From: Schmidtea nova
Taxonomy: Eukaryota
NCBI GenBank assembly: GCA_044892505.1
Contig: CM097882.1
Coordinates: forward strand, 487,754,001-487,818,000
DNA length: 64,000 nucleotides
Direction: 5' to 3'
This document shows, piece after piece, positions 1 through 15,010 of this stretch. The notes below the pieces were generated by a model. It had not been told where the DNA came from. It ran no database searches and saw only the letters and a list, made by a program, of their open reading frames with translations. Both the position numbers and the translations under genes were made by a program. Positions within the stretch are counted from its first letter, which is position 1. Each line of letters starts with the position of its first letter.

Positions 1-213
1 AAAATATAAAGCAATATAAAAAAATGTAAAACGGACAGTTTAGTTTTTTGTTAGATTATTGGCTGCTCAGACCGCATTTAACATATTGAAATTTTCAATT
101 CGTTTGAGCATCTCCTTAAAATCGTTTTTTTGTGGCAAATTTTTTGCATACAGTTTTTTTTCATAGAGGTACTACACTGAAAGGGTGAGAGGGTAGATAA
201 TCGAAACTCGAAA

Positions 214-221
<8 letters not shown>

Positions 222-277
<56 letters not shown>
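222..277. repeat. (TA)n microsatellite
   Basis: Uninterrupted TA run. Confidence 0.95.
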
Positions 278-281
<4 letters not shown>

Positions 282-2118
282 ATGACGAAGGCACTACATT
301 TAAAATTTCAAAATATAATGTTTTACATTCATGGTTTATAATTTTAAAAAGTACTCTAAATTTTTTTTCAATCTGTTATTTCACACCTGAATATTTATAT
401 CATAGCAATTATAAATTGTTAGAACGGCCAAATGGAAAAATTGCAGATCAGTTTCTATATGATTCAAATGTAAACGTAAACTATAGATAATAATAACCAT
501 ATTGGTCTCTCCATAAATTTCTGACAAATACAAATTTATGAAACCAATAATTGTTATGAAAACCGATAACAAATTTTGGATATTGATGGGCTACTACATA
601 CCTAAAAGGGTCATACATTAAGAAAATAATATGAATAAGTAAATAAGCAAATTGGAAATAAAACAATAAATGTAAATGATAGCAGAAAACCATAAAAGAT
701 TAGGAAAATAATGATAGTTAAAAAAGTAGACTAAAACAAGAAAAAAATGGGAAAATTCAATGTAGTACATAAAATAAGAGAAAAAGAATAAAAATATGAG
801 TTCAATTAATTAAATAAAAATTTAAGAGAAATAATGACAAAGAAAAAGAAAGAAATAGAAAGAAATAGTAAATTACCTAAGAAATCGGTTTAATTAACTA
901 ATAAAAAGCGAAGTCGATTTTCATTGGCTGCTTGAGCTTCGAAATAAGTATAAAAAGGGCGCTCAAGTCAGTTCAGCAACATATTTTTCACAGCAACTTA
1001 AATCAATTTTTTCTGTTAGTTTGAAGTCAGCATTTTTATTGTAGCGAAAATTTGCCGAATTTTCATTTACATTAACTTATCATCGCACATATTTTATCAT
1101 TTGTCACTGATTCGCCCACAACACTTGGACATTGAATTTTTGTCGAATAATCATTAGAACATATTGTAAATAGATTGTATTACTTTAATAAATTTTTGAA
1201 AATAAAACCGTTTCTGTTCATCGATTTTGTTTAATGAGGATCATGGAGTCTGGAAGGCCTCAAGAGCTGCTGGTTCTCCAGTATTTTCGCTCTTCGTTTC
1301 GCGCTTCCGAGTGCGGGGCAAAGATAGGGATTACTGTATGGTGTAAGGAACGTTGTTTTGAGCAGTGAATGTCGGAAGGCCGTGTCAGGGTACTTCCTAT
1401 TTGTAAATATGATGAAAATCAACTACCAGTTTTATAAGATAGCGTTACTAGCGTCAGGGCAGCTTATGTATTTTTTCTAAATATATTGAGGAAACACAAT
1501 ATCGCACCAACGAGAGTTTCAATGGCGATAATATTTTCCAACGTAGGGGCAGTTTGCGAAAAACCAACCAGGGAGCTTTGATAAACCATAATTCATTTTG
1601 TTCCCTTTACTATTGAATCGGAGATTACAGTAGAAGTGTCATATCGGTACGACTCAGTGAAGTTTTATTAAGGGGAAGGTGGTGACGATCGATAGCTCCC
1701 TATTCCATGAATCAGTGTGGGAAAGCCGTGTAATAATTTATTAACCATGATTCCATTGTCGAGCCCCTAATTTTCGAAAGAATCCAAGCTCGAGTAACAA
1801 CGCCATTATCCATTTATACACAATTAACATCCATGTTCTCCTTTTATTTATTATTGAGCAATCGGTGGGAAATCCCGTAGTCATAAATCATTTCAGTTCT
1901 AGATGAAATCGATAAAATTCGTGAAAACAATTTACTATAAACTAACTTTCCCAGTCTCAGCAAACTAGATGCAGTGGATTGATGCAAGGAAGTGAATTTC
2001 CGCATGTCAACAAGCCGATATTACGTAATAAATATTTTCCCTCTGTGGATAAGTGGCAGAAGAAATTTTAGAGTGACGATAGCGATTACCGTAATTAATG
2101 AAAGTGAATTGTCTAGGA

Positions 2119-4641
2119 CAGTGTTTCTCAACAGCCGGACCGGTCCGCGAAGGTTTTAGGGTTCTCACATGAAATTCGGAAAATTTCAAGTGATGATAAC
2201 GAAACTTTTTAATAATTATTATACTTTTACTAACAAAAAATTTTAAATAATAATTAAATGACTTTTTTAATTTAATAAAATAAATATTATGTGTTACTTC
2301 ATAACATCAGTTCATTATCAACTACAATGTAGTTACAACATAATTTAATCTTCACAGTACATCCAGTAACTAAAATTTAATTTATGTGTGACTAGAAAAC
2401 ACTCTTAGGACGAGCGCAAAAGTCGAAATGCAACGAGCGATCGGTTGAGTCAAATGCAAACTACACGAGTTTACAAAGAAGGAGAAAGGGAAAGTTTCGG
2501 TGCGCAGTTGTTACTACATTTCCGTTAAATTTTATTATTGTAGTGTGCGATTTGACGGCGTGTGGATGGAAGAAAAAGTATATTTGCTGAAATTATTATT
2601 GTTTATATATGATATATGATTATTAAACAATTCATTATTGTTTATGCATATAAAACGTTATAACTTAATTCTTTTAAATTAAATAGGTATTGAGAATTGA
2701 ATTCAAATGATTTATAATCAAAATTATTAATTATTAATTTATTTTTAGTATTTTTAAAAGTGAGTAATAAGAGAATACCAAGAACAATTGAAAATTTTTT
2801 TCAAAAAACATGCTCAAATACCTCGAATACAAGTGAAATTATTAATAATTACCAAAATGATTTACCACAGGCAAAACGAAAATTTGTTCGTCAATACAAT
2901 AATGATTATTTAAAATTTGATTTTATTCTTTGACAAAAATCGTAAGAAAAATTACCTAAGCCACAATCTGTTATTTTCAAGGACGTTTTATCAAATGAAT
3001 GTATGAAACCAGCAAAATTACTACGACACTTAAAAACCAAACATCCAACCTTACAAAATAAGCCCCTGGATTATTTTGAACGCAATGCCTTGACTTTAAA
3101 CATCAAACATCTTCTTTTAAAAAATGCTTTTTAGTCGACAAGTCTCTAGTAAAGTCTTCATATTTAGTGGCCTTAAGAATCGCAAAATGCAAGAAGCCAT
3201 ACTCTCACCGAAAATTTAATTAAACCTTGTTTGATAGATGTATGCTCTGAATTACTGGGCCCCACAGCCGGAAATAAAATGAAAAGTTTGCCTTTTTCCA
3301 ATGATACAATTCAACGAAGAATCGTTGAATTAGAAACTGATATTGAAGATGAACTCATTCAAAAAGTAAACAAATCATTGTTTGCTATTCAGATGGACGA
3401 ATGTACTGATATTTCTAACAAAGCAATACTTTTATGTTACGTTTGTTATATTGATCACGAAATAAATGAGATTAAAGAAGAAATACTTTGTTGTCTTGAA
3501 CTTCCTAGTCACACAACTAGCTTAGAAATATTTAATGCTCTCAGCACATCGTAAATAAATCAATAAATTGGAAAAATTGTATTGGTTTATGTACTGATGG
3601 TGCGGTAAGCATGACTGGGAAACATTTGGGAGTCGCAGTAAAAATTTTAAAGGTAGGTGCAGTTGGAATGATAGTTACTCATTGCTTCATACATCCAAAG
3701 CATTTAGTTGGGGAAAAAATGTCTCCAGACCTGAACTGCGTACTTTCTAATTCTGTACTAATCATAAATTATATCAATAGTAACGCATTAAATTCAAGAT
3801 TATTTTCTATTTTATGTAATGAAATGGGATTAAGGCATGAAAATTTATTACTTCATGCAGAAGTACGATGGCTGTAGAAGGGAAGCATATTACAAAGACT
3901 CTTTGACTTACGAAATGAAGTTGAATCCTTTTCAAATACAACAAATTCAGAATTAGCCTCTTTTTGCCGTAACGACGAATGGATTGCAAAATTGGCATAT
4001 TTGTCGGACATATTTTCATTATTCAACGAATTAAATTTAAGTCTTCAAGGAAATAGCATTACTATTTTTAATTTATGGAATAAAATCGATGCATTAAAAA
4101 AATAGAATTATGGCGAAAGCGTATTAAATAAAAAAACTACAGAGTGTTCCACTCTCTCGAAGAATTATTAAATACAGTGAATGTGAATACCGAGTCTTTA
4201 TCAAATATTATTTCTGAACATCTATCAGCGATTTCTTACGCGTTCGAAGACTACTTTTCACAGAAAGATGATGCGCGAATGGGAAATATATGGATTATAA
4301 ACCCATTTGTCGAACATGACTTGACTGATTCGGAAGAGGAAAAATTAGTAGAGTTAAGTTGCGAATCTTCATTAAAATTACAATTCAACTCGAAAGATAA
4401 AATTCAATTTTGGATTCAAGTTAAAAATGAGTATGCAGATTTACATACAAAAGCAATAAGAATGCTGCTACCATTTTCAGCAACATATTTGTGTGAATCT
4501 GCATTCTCCGCAATGACGCTTATAAAAACCAAGCAAAGAAATAATTTGGAAATTAGCCCAGCTTTACGCCTAGCTATAACAAATATAGCTCCCAGAATCG
4601 AAAGTTTATGCAATGTAAAAAATCAGCAGCCATCCCAATGA
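2119..4641 (+). mobile_element. Decayed hAT (Buster/Charlie-type) DNA transposon; left end only
   Basis: CAGTGTTTCTCAAC terminus at 2119, preceded by GTCTAGGA (fits the nnnTAnnn Buster target pattern). Transposase fragments lie downstream. No matching right TIR found. Confidence 0.7.
2870..4641 (+). pseudogene. hAT/Buster (ZBED5/SCAND3-like) transposase, frameshifted
   Basis: Degenerate BED finger (SNECMKPAKLLRHLKTKHP), then SNDTIQRRI, FAIQMDECTD, LCTDGA, THCFIH, LLLHAEVRWL, LAYLSDIF and the C-terminal dimerisation motif LLPFSATYLCESAFS, spread over several frames with stops. Confidence 0.92.
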
Positions 4642-7551
4642 TGATTTTTTTATTTGTGGAATATATTCATTTAAATATTTTTCTCTATTTTTTAACGTCG
4701 GTGTACTCACGCTCAACGCCGTCGAAGAGCGAAGCATCTCTAGGGGAGCAGTAGAGCCGAACCTCATCAATGTTTGCCAAAAATTAAAAACATAAACCTG
4801 ATAAATGTTGTGTTGTGATAATTAGTCACTAATTATATGTATAAAATTTAAATACTCGTTGTGTTTTGATTTGGCATTACTGTATAATTAATAAGTATGG
4901 TAATATGAACTTTAAATAGGGTTTTCCGGCGAACCAATAGGTAAGAGTTGAAAAGGAAATTGAGGAAGATCACCCAAAATTAGTGACCATCGGAAGAGTG
5001 ACGAGAAAAAAAGAATGACCGGTCTTGTAGAACCCATACGAGCGACAAATCAAGAGTAGTTCTTGTAAAAGAGCTCATCTGTTGATTTGCGGTCGGTTGT
5101 CATGCACAGTACCAACGTAAATAAGCAGGGTATTTACGGGTGCATGGGCAGTAAGGATTTTTATGTGCGTGTTCGACCCTAGTAAGAGCATAACCAGGAT
5201 ATAGCGAAACACTGTGAAATCGGAAGGTTTACAATTTACGTTTTTATTTCCAATACAACACGCCAACAATATAAAAATTTCTTTGAAAAAATTTTTATAA
5301 CAAAGTCAGCAGTATGAAATGTTTACACACTGTTTATTTTCATGGCACCAAGCCTGTATATGTTTTAATATGCCTAAACAACACAACTCAAATTTTGAGT
5401 TAGATTATAATTTTATAAATAATATTAAAAAGGACTACCTCAGAAAAGCTCCATTTGTAAGCTCAATTAAAATATGGATAACCTGATTATATTTTATTGA
5501 TAAAAATAAAGTAACCCATTAGATATCTGCAATTCGACGATTTATTTTAAAATAAAAATTAAAAAATTAGTTACTGGTAAAAATATAACAATTGAAACCC
5601 ATTTCTTTCAGGTGTCATTAAAATTTAGTACTTCAGACATAGAAAACATTCAAATTCCTAGTGAAGTGTCAACGATGTTGAATTTTGTTTTGATTAGTGA
5701 TAATTATAATAAACATATGACACTTTCTAGTTGGATACTGTTGATGTTGAAATTGTTGACACCGCTGCCACGAATCCAAGTTTTGCAATACGTTAAAAAT
5801 TATAAAATAAAAGTTTTTAAGGTATGTTCCCACTTGAAATCTATTTAGTTTTCTTCAATGTTATAACAAAATAATATTCCTAATTCCAATTCAGCTTTCA
5901 TTGACTCGGACAATAAATAATGAAATGTTTTATGATGCTGCGAATAGAGGTTAAATTGATTTTTAAAGAGAAAGGTTTCAATAGTGATAGAGATATAAAT
6001 GCAGAATATTTATATTGTTAAACTGCTGTACTTGATATTCCAGAAGGTAGTTCTTATTCTTGGAAACCCGCATCCTTATCAGAAAGGCTTAAAGATCCGA
6101 TTTCATCATTTCAAAGTAATAATAGCAAATTTACTAGAAAACATTAACAACATGTCAAATAGAGAATTCCCGTACAATTCAACTAATTTATATTATCCGG
6201 GCGTTTGATTTTACGAATAATTATCAAATGCAACTTTTTCTTATGGTGTAGAGAATCTTAGTACACATTCGCAATTAAATTATTCATATTTCAAAGATTG
6301 ACACTATTTTCTTTCAACTCAGGATGAGAAACTTACGAAAAATGTTATCATTCAATGTTAGAAATTAGCCTTCTATTTTTAGTATAACTAACAAATTTAT
6401 AGTTTGACTTTACACAAAACTATTTAAGGCGATTGACTTGGTAAACTATATGCAGGTAACTAACTATCGCATAGACGTATACCGTATAGGGCATTCTGTG
6501 GGATTATCACGCTTATAGTGTGAGTATGTCATGACAGACCCTGGCATCGGTTCGGAAAAACCGGCTATGCTTAGCACTTGGCCTAGCAATATTAAATTAG
6601 GCTAATTGTTTATTTATTGCCAATAAATTATAAAGAATATTCTTACTACAGTCTTACTACAGTAAGATACACCATTACTAAATTTAATCTGCTATAAGTA
6701 GATAAATATGTACACTGTTTAATACATACACACATATTTAGCAGTGACATGCAGTCAAAATCATGGGACAACCCCAAAACGGAAATTAAATACATCCGGA
6801 TCTATAAATACCTATCAAGTTTACAAAAATGAGTACACGAAAATTTTCAAATTACAAAAAAGTCATGTCAGTGTGATGAAGTAATTCTAAGCTTATAACA
6901 GATTTAATTTGGAAATGCAGTTCTAGAGAGAAAAAAATTATTAACCTTTTCTATATATTAATCGTAATATACGCCAATTAGGTGAACAAGAATAAATAAA
7001 CTAAAATCGAAAATTAATTTTATCGAAATCTGGTTACTGTCTGATTATTTTTTATAATTATTTTTATACATTATGTAAAAAATGCCTCAACGTAATAAAT
7101 TATTTGTCATAATAACACTTCAATAAACAACATTGTATTTTTACAATATGTAATATTAAATTACTACGTCGGTATCTTTATCAAATTATTGTCAAATTAT
7201 CTCTTATAAGATTTTGTAAATAAATGCCTGGGTAAAATATGGCCTAAATTTTTATTTTTATTGTTTTATTTACAGTTTACAAATTCTTAAAATTTTTTAA
7301 TTATCGCCAGTTGTTTAGGAACGGCAGCAAATAAAATAATCGGTCACATGAGTGATAATAAACGTTATTTATTTAAGTAATTTTTATATTATTTTTGCAA
7401 TACTATATATCATGAGTTCCCAAAGTGCGGCCAGTTTCCTTTCTTGCGTGGCTATTACCCATTGTGATTAAAATATTTTTAAAAAATATTTTGTTACATT
7501 TTGTTTTCAGAAAATAAAAATTTATTTTTAATTTAACTTAATTTATAATAA

Positions 7552-9962
7552 TGCCGGGTTCATGGACGGGTTGAGAAGAAATGAAATACTATGCTATAAA
7601 AATAAATAGGCTCGATAAATTGGACATGTACTGTGGGTTCTATTATGTAATGATGGAACTATGTTTTATTTTAAATATCTTAATAGAACACTAATAACAC
7701 AGTTAACATTAAAACAATGATTTTATTAAGAATTGTAAGAAATGTTAATGCTCTGTTTGCGAAGACATGGGCGATGTGTAGTCCTCGATTGATGAGTGCT
7801 CGTCGAAATTCGGCCAAAGAGTAGTCCGGCATATTCTCCTCGTGGCCTTTCCAAAGGGGACAGGGTGATGTGAATAAATTGAGTCCCAGTTTGAACAGTT
7901 CGTCTTGTGGAATAACACTCGATGGTTTTTGATCGGGACCATTTACCACGATTAGTAGTTGCCCGAATTTCGGCGAATACTCTTTGTCAGAAATCGGCCA
8001 TCCCGGGCCTCCTTGGTACAGAATGTGATCCTTATCGGTCTTCCAGATCGAAAATAGGCACTGCTTTCCGAAGGCCCTCCTCCATTTATATGTTTGGGCA
8101 TTAATCATCCGCATGATCGGATGCGGTAAGTCCTTCAGTCCCTGAGTTGCCATGGTTGTTGCAGTACTGTCGTGTTTCAACGCCCCTCTATGTGCTGCTA
8201 TGAATTGCTCAATTTTTTGGCTTTCCATCTATATTAACCTATGAAAATTTTATCAATCATCATTCTCGAGAAAAATAATTCTCTGTTTCGATTGAGACTC
8301 ACTAAAATTCGCTTCGGTCATGTTGTTTTCTCATTTTTTGTTCCTAATTAATTCGACTAAAACCGCATGACAATTCGGGTTGGGAAATTTAAAAAAAGAT
8401 ATTTAGTATCGATGATGGTGAACACTGTCACTATATATAGCGATCAGAAATACTTTAATTTACGTTATTGTTTACCTGCGCTATTTACAGTGATCAGGAT
8501 AAATAATTAAATATATTTATGAATGTATAATAACTTCAGTTCGTTAATGGTAGGCTAATTTAATTTTATTATTTCAGGAATGCGTGACCAAAATATCCGT
8601 GCTTAGGACTTTGTACATGTCGTTAGAAAAAATGAGAGATAAATGCGACTAATCAAATGAATCGATTTTTGTTTGAGCATGTTTTAGACTTTTACACCAA
8701 AATTGATTACATTCTTATCAGTAAGTAGACTATTACCGTTCTCATCTAGCCTCTTAGTGTACTCGATCAAATTCGAACGGGTTTGGCTGTCCCGATCAAC
8801 ATAATTCATTTGGATATCCGCTAAAATCGGTAGTATGCGCAATTACAAAAATCCTCGGTATACTTGACGTTTCCCATAAAACCCACCAAACCCAAAAATC
8901 GACCTTATTGGCCAAATATATTTCATCTGTCATTCCTAGTTAAATGAGAAAAATTTGATCATAGTTAGTTAATTCCGCATCAAATCTAGCTATCCACTCT
9001 CTCTCGATCTTGTGGAAAATGACCCTATGTAAATAAAAATAAGCTTTGCTGTGATGGCAAGGATCGACGGTGCGAAATTGTCACAATAGAAATTGTCCCC
9101 CTGCGACTACGACTACGCGACGAAACAATGTCTCTAAAGGCTCCAAAAACATGCCAGCAGCTGTGGCCAATGTCACTATGTGAAACTTTCGTCAATAATA
9201 CCTCTCATAGCTCACATTCTCATAAACAAACTTCCTAAATAAAATTCGCATAAATAGCCTTTAGTACTCACCGTCTCGTGGAGCTACGGAGTCCCACGAC
9301 GATGGCTGGCTCCCTTGCAGCGGTAGCTACAGAGGAAGCATATCTATAGGTTTATTAAATGAATGAAATGAAATAAAATCAATTAAATATAAACATATTT
9401 TTAACGAAATCAATATCAATAACATAAACATGAAAATAAAATTGCTATTGCTTTTGTTTCCGAATTAGAAAATTTGCCCTAACAAAATATGGTTTGCAAT
9501 TTCAAGATGGCTCAAAAACGGTTTAATCGCTTTGAATCTCAAATTTTTAATGAAAAATAATGCTATTTTTGTGTTTTTCGGATCTGTATATATACTGATC
9601 CAGTTGGCCGGATTGACCAATCAGGATCAGGCCGCCCTTCAAGGTAAGCTAATTATTTTTAATTTATCTATGCCATATTTTATTTCAGCTTTGGATTTAT
9701 CGTCGGGTAGTCTTTATTTTTTAAGGTAATTATTTAATTAATTGTACTTTTATTTATTAATTTTCTCTATTTTTCTGTTTTAGATTTGCTGTTCTCCTTT
9801 CCTGCATTTATTCGATTTATTTTACACTTGCAGGTTATTTATTTATTGCTTAATTATTATTTTTATCCTTTTTTCTTTAGATTTTTTAGATTTCTAAATG
9901 TAATTTTTGTTTTAATTATTATTATTTTCTATATTTTTAGGTCTTATATGGTGGGCCCAACA
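7552..9962 (-). mobile_element. Solo LTR (2.4 kb), diverged relative of the LTR at 39949/53392
   Basis: Minus strand starts TGTTGGGCCCACCA and ends AACCCGTCCATGAACCCGGCA (compare AACCCCTCCATGAACCCAACA at the 43167 LTR end). 4-bp TSD ATAA at 7548-7551 and 9963-9966. Shares the GATC..TATA..GATC palindrome, a GC-rich hairpin and ORF-A. Confidence 0.85.
7680..8228 (-). CDS. LTR-encoded ORF-A (182 aa, unknown function), intact copy
   Basis: The core AQTYKWRR...GGPGWPIS...KFGQLLI..NG is 34/54 identical (hand count) to the ORF-A copy at 41482-41960. Confidence 0.7.
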   Translation of the reverse strand: MESQKIEQFIAAHRGALKHDSTATTMATQGLKDLPHPIMRMINAQTYKWRRAFGKQCLFSIWKTDKDHILYQGGPGWPISDKEYSPKFGQLLIVVNGPDQKPSSVIPQDELFKLGLNLFTSPCPLWKGHEENMPDYSLAEFRRALINRGLHIAHVFANRALTFLTILNKIIVLMLTVLLVFY

Positions 9963-11132
9963 ATAAAAAACGACAATATAAGCACATCGTAAACACACAA
10001 GCAGCGAAAATAAAAAAAATTAATATCTCTTTCTGAAAATAATATGCCTGTAATTATTAATATTCAATATGGTGGTTCGATTGAACACTTGGTTAAATAT
10101 AATCTGAAAAAACCACATGTCATTGTTAAAATGGACCTAGTTAAAAGTCCGTTGATTCGTGTATTGAATTGGATTAAAAATATTTGTGGCCAGCATTTTT
10201 TTATCGACAATTTTTGCCCAAATATTCTATGACCTTAGGACACCCCTGTTATAGATAAAACAATTTACGCACTTGATAAAGATTATGCCGAAATATAGTG
10301 TACTACTAGTAAAAATTGATTGAATTAAAAAAGGTCAAAGGTGAAACCAAATGATGAATTTTAAACGTATCGCAGCTTTAGTAAAACAGAAATATTCTAG
10401 AGATGACAAAACAAATAATTGGCTGTAGAAATTTAATTACAAAATAATAACACTTTTAAAATGTATCAATTGACATGTTAGATAATGGGGGTTAGCCCAT
10501 TGAAACATTCGAAATCAATAAATACTATCGAACTGTGCCCAATAAATACAGCGTAAACGTATACTCTGAAAACAGTTAGAGTCTTCTAATTAACCCAACA
10601 AAATCCACAATCAATCAAGTAACTCTCAAAGACAACCATCTTCAGTCTAAATGCGATTGATCTCCCTTAATCATTCAGACTTTCTAATTTTAATCTAACA
10701 TTATTATAGTGATTTTGATTAGGACAAACATCATAACTTTTATAAGTATTTCAATTGTATGCAAAAAATGCATTCAGTTGTACATATAATGTAATCTTAA
10801 TTAGTCTCGATCATTTAAAATATGTCTATTCCTAACAATTAATCAATCCAATTCAAATTCAAGAAGATCAATAATTGAAAATAATTTGACTTATTTAATG
10901 TGACAATTAATGATAATTTTATTTGTTTTTATTCTTATTTTATGTATAAATTATTTGTGATTGTATGATGAATTTTACGTACTTTATTATTATTAATTAA
11001 ATAATGAATTAAATGTTGTACTTTGATGTAAATAATAGGAAATCGTATAAATAATAATTACCGAAATCAACTATACACAATGGTATAAATAAAGGAAGTT
11101 GTAAGATAATTGTTTATAATTTAACATAGAGA

Positions 11133-11136
<4 letters not shown>

Positions 11137-11168
<32 letters not shown>
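11137..11168. repeat. (AT)n microsatellite
   Basis: AT run. Confidence 0.9.
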
Positions 11169-11171
<3 letters not shown>

Positions 11172-13679
11172 ATCGTTTAAAACGACTAAATTGCCATAAA
11201 ATTTAATTAAAAATTTTTGCGCATCAACGGAGCTCTCTTAAAATAATTTTAAAGAGCAGTTACAACCCGAGAAGAAAAATAAAATAAGACTCACACATTT
11301 CTCTACAATCAATATAGCACGCACACAATAGGAAACATTTAACGAGCATTTATTGAACAGAGGACAAAATGAAAACTGCAAAATTTCCAATGCAATCGAC
11401 AATCAATTAAGTGATTAATTATTTAAAGATATAATATGTATGCATGACGTGAATTTTAATATTTATAGTTATTAATAAGATCTACAGTTAAAGAACTGTA
11501 AAACGCAATAACAATATTTTCAATATAAATCAATATAACTTCAAATATTGATTATACAGATATAAATAAAACCTTATCTTGAAAAATTAGGCTAGAATTT
11601 AATGTTGCAAACTATGCCATTTTTATTTGTTATTAAATAAATAACAATAACAATAACAACAAATTTTCATTACATATCGATCAATGTTATTACTATTTAG
11701 CACAAATTTTCTATACTTCTTTTTTCAAATATTACTTTTATAACTTTTGAAAAGTGGAAAATGAGGAAAGAAAAGTTGACCTCAAATTTTTGTCATTTAA
11801 AAATATTGATCAATATTCAAAAAATAAAAACATGAAATTCCAATGGAAAAATAGATCAAAGGTGAACAAAAAGATAAATTATTTATTTTAACTGATATTA
11901 ACAAATATTTATTATGTTATAATTATGCATTTTTAATCATTTTCAAAATATTGAGGCACTTAAGTATGAATTGAAGCAATATTTTTTATTCGATAATTCT
12001 TGACTATTTGAACCTGTAATTATTTGTAAATAGAAAAATAATTTTAAAAATACTATTTGTTTTGTGCATTCTCTTATCAGATATAAAAAAGCAAAAAGAA
12101 ATATTTTTTTATGTAAATTATATTGTTTTAAGAGAATGAATTGATTTTTAGATGCAATTTTCATGAAAGATTTCCGATAAAACATACAACGGTAATGATT
12201 AATTAAGTTAAATATTAAGTATCGTGTTAACCTACGAAATACCATAGAAATATAATTCAAAAGCAGTTACACAGAAAGATTCAATTGAATATTGTACTTT
12301 TTATTGATTAATATAATGGTTATGAAATAAATCTTTATATATTATGCGTCGTGATATTCGTCCGTAAAGACTTATCTTCTTTATAATTAATAAACTTTAT
12401 CTAATCATATATCCAATGCAAGTATATCTCGGTGTACAAATCAAACATGGCTGTTCACTGACATTACTATTGCATATGCGTTGGTAGTTTGGATGCCATG
12501 ATGCACAAATTTATAATAATGAAAAAATATTCAATATTCCTTGGTCACTAGATAAACTAATTATTTCAGCTGAAGTTATGAACTGAGAACTAGTTAGAAC
12601 TATGTGTTTGTCTGTGGTTGTGATTATGAGCAATTGTTAATACGTTCATTGATGCTGTGTAACGTGTGCATCGCTATTCGACTTATGTTTATCATTTCAA
12701 GATCAGGTGTGTGTATTTTACCTTAGTCGTTAGAAATATTTTGTGTATTGAGTTCGTGTTTTTATTCTTTAAAATTTATTATTATTTATCAATCGAGTTA
12801 TTTTTCATTGGACAACTACTATTTTAAAAAAATCGATTTTGTTTGTAAACAATAAATGCTTGTCTGAGCAAATTTCATGTTTTAGACTCTAATTTCTGCG
12901 AAATTTTTGAGTGATGCGCATTTACACTGAATACTTGAGTAAATAAATTTTGGGAAATTGGGATCTTAATTTTAATTTTGAATACAAATTATATTGCGAC
13001 AATTACTGGACATCTTTAAAGTTCGATTCAGAATTTTTCATTTGACAGTCGTTAGGATATATATAAATTAATGGTATACTAATTTAAATATATAATAATA
13101 ATGGACAAAATCTAAAAATAAAAGGAATTGTTTTCTAAGAAAACTATTGTCAGAATATAGTTTTTGGCTAGAACTTGTCAACCAAAAAATATTTAAAGAA
13201 AATTTTAAGTATTATTAAAAAACCTGAAAATAAATTAAGAAACTCCTAGAATTTTTTGGATTGTTGGTGTTTTTATTGTTGGTGTGTTCGGTTCGTATCA
13301 GTGGTTACAAATTAACACAGAATTACTTGACTTTTAAATTAAACAATTAATTATCAGGCTTCAAACGAAAATAAATATAAACAATGTGTTTTGTGTAAAT
13401 AAGAAAGATATGTTTAACATTTAGCTGTCACTATGGTAATGTCCTTGTCGAAATAGCTCCAAACGCTGGATTTTTTAGAATTCATTTTTGATGGTTGCTA
13501 AAATATTTTATAAATATATTAATTTTAACTATACACATACACATAATATATTAGTATTTTGATTTAAGTTTATATTTATAACAAATAACATTTTTTTATA
13601 AAATTGGTAAAAATGAATTTTTAATTTTACTAAACACTTATAACATGCAATACAAGTAATATTAATTACCTGATAGACT

Positions 13680-14547
13680 TGTTGGGTATTTGTTTAAAGT
13701 CGGTTCTAATTTCTGACTCCTGGTGTTCTTTTAACAAATAACTGACCCAACACAATAACTTTTATTTCAATATCACAATTTATCACAACGATTGCACAAT
13801 ATAAGAACTGTCTTTTACACTTAACTTGAACTGCTTTCAAGTCACTTGCTGCGAGGGATAAGTCTCCCGAAGGAAGATCTCCCTTTCTGGTGCGCAAACA
13901 AATGAATTACGTTTTACTCTACGACACTACCTTTTCTGACTCTTCTTCTGATTTCAATCTGTTTGCTGAAATTTTATCTCTTCGACCAACTGGCGACACA
14001 TTGCAATTTGCTTCTGTTTTTATATTGCTCCCTCCTTAATGCTTGCTTGTTCTGCCTCCCAATTTGACATTTGAATCCGCGATTCAAATTAAACTGTCAT
14101 ATTGTAATTTAGTAGCTCTCGCCGTTTCCATATCCTTCAAATTAACTGTCATAGTGTAATTTAGTAGCTCTCGCCGTTTCCACATCCTTGGAGCAAATTG
14201 AACTGTCACTTTGCTTGCGCGGGTTTCTCTCATCTCTCGGGCTCTCCATTGGCTCGGGCTTCCCATTGTCTCGGGCTTTCCATTAGCCAATTAATTCTTA
14301 ATTAATATTTTAATTTTTTAATTATTTCTTTCTGGGGACCCCCCATCGATTTTATTTTTTATTTATTTGAATTCGTCTCATAATTTGGCACATCCCCATA
14401 CCAATTTCCCCCATGATATATTGATTTTAAATTTTATTAATTTTTTAATTAATGTTTTAATATTTTAATTAATTTGGTGATTTTTGCAATTTTACTAATT
14501 TTATTTAATTACTTTTAAATTTTGAGTCACTTTGACAAACCCCAACA
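13680..14547 (-). repeat. 3' LTR of element 1 (868 bp)
   Basis: TGTTGGG...CCCAACA termini. Matches 28643-29511; the only difference I found is a C6 vs C7 run. Confidence 0.97.
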
Positions 14548-14562
14548 TATCTCCCCCCTTTA
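14548..14562 (-). promoter_or_regulatory. Polypurine tract
   Basis: Minus strand AAAGGGGGGAGATA immediately before the 3' LTR. Confidence 0.85.
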
Positions 14563-15010
14563 ATTAAGATTCGTCCTCGAATCTATCTTATAATTCAATA
14601 TATAAATATGAGAGCGCCCCGAAAGGCAACGTTTACTGCTACTAATAATAATAATTATACTAAATAGATAAATAACAATAAAAATAATATTTTGCTCGTC
14701 TAAATCTAAATTTACTTTTTCAAAATATTTAACACCTCTTTAAAACGAGAAGGGGTGTCAATGACCGGAGACTGTGTTTAGTTTTAAACATACGAATAAT
14801 TGTATGAAATGTATCAACAAAGCTGATAATAATAATTATAATATACTTTAAAATAATAATAATAAGTTTACACTAATAATATTGATAATCTTAATTGATA
14901 ATAATAATTATACTAAAATAATAGCAATCTTTACAATAATAATATACAATTTAAAAATAATAATTAATAACACTAATAATATTGATGATAATAATAATAG
15001 TAATATTGAT

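Noticed and set aside
5612-5821. Possible 210-bp host exon (tttctttcAG...AAG/GTATGT, open frame)
   Set aside because: No recognisable protein and no partner exons; chance splice-like sites are common in such AT-rich DNA. RNA-seq would settle it.
13706-14290. 63- and 68-aa ORFs in the element 1 LTR (repeated at 28669-29253)
   Set aside because: Identical only because the LTRs are identical; no motifs and no diverged homologue showing protein-level conservation.
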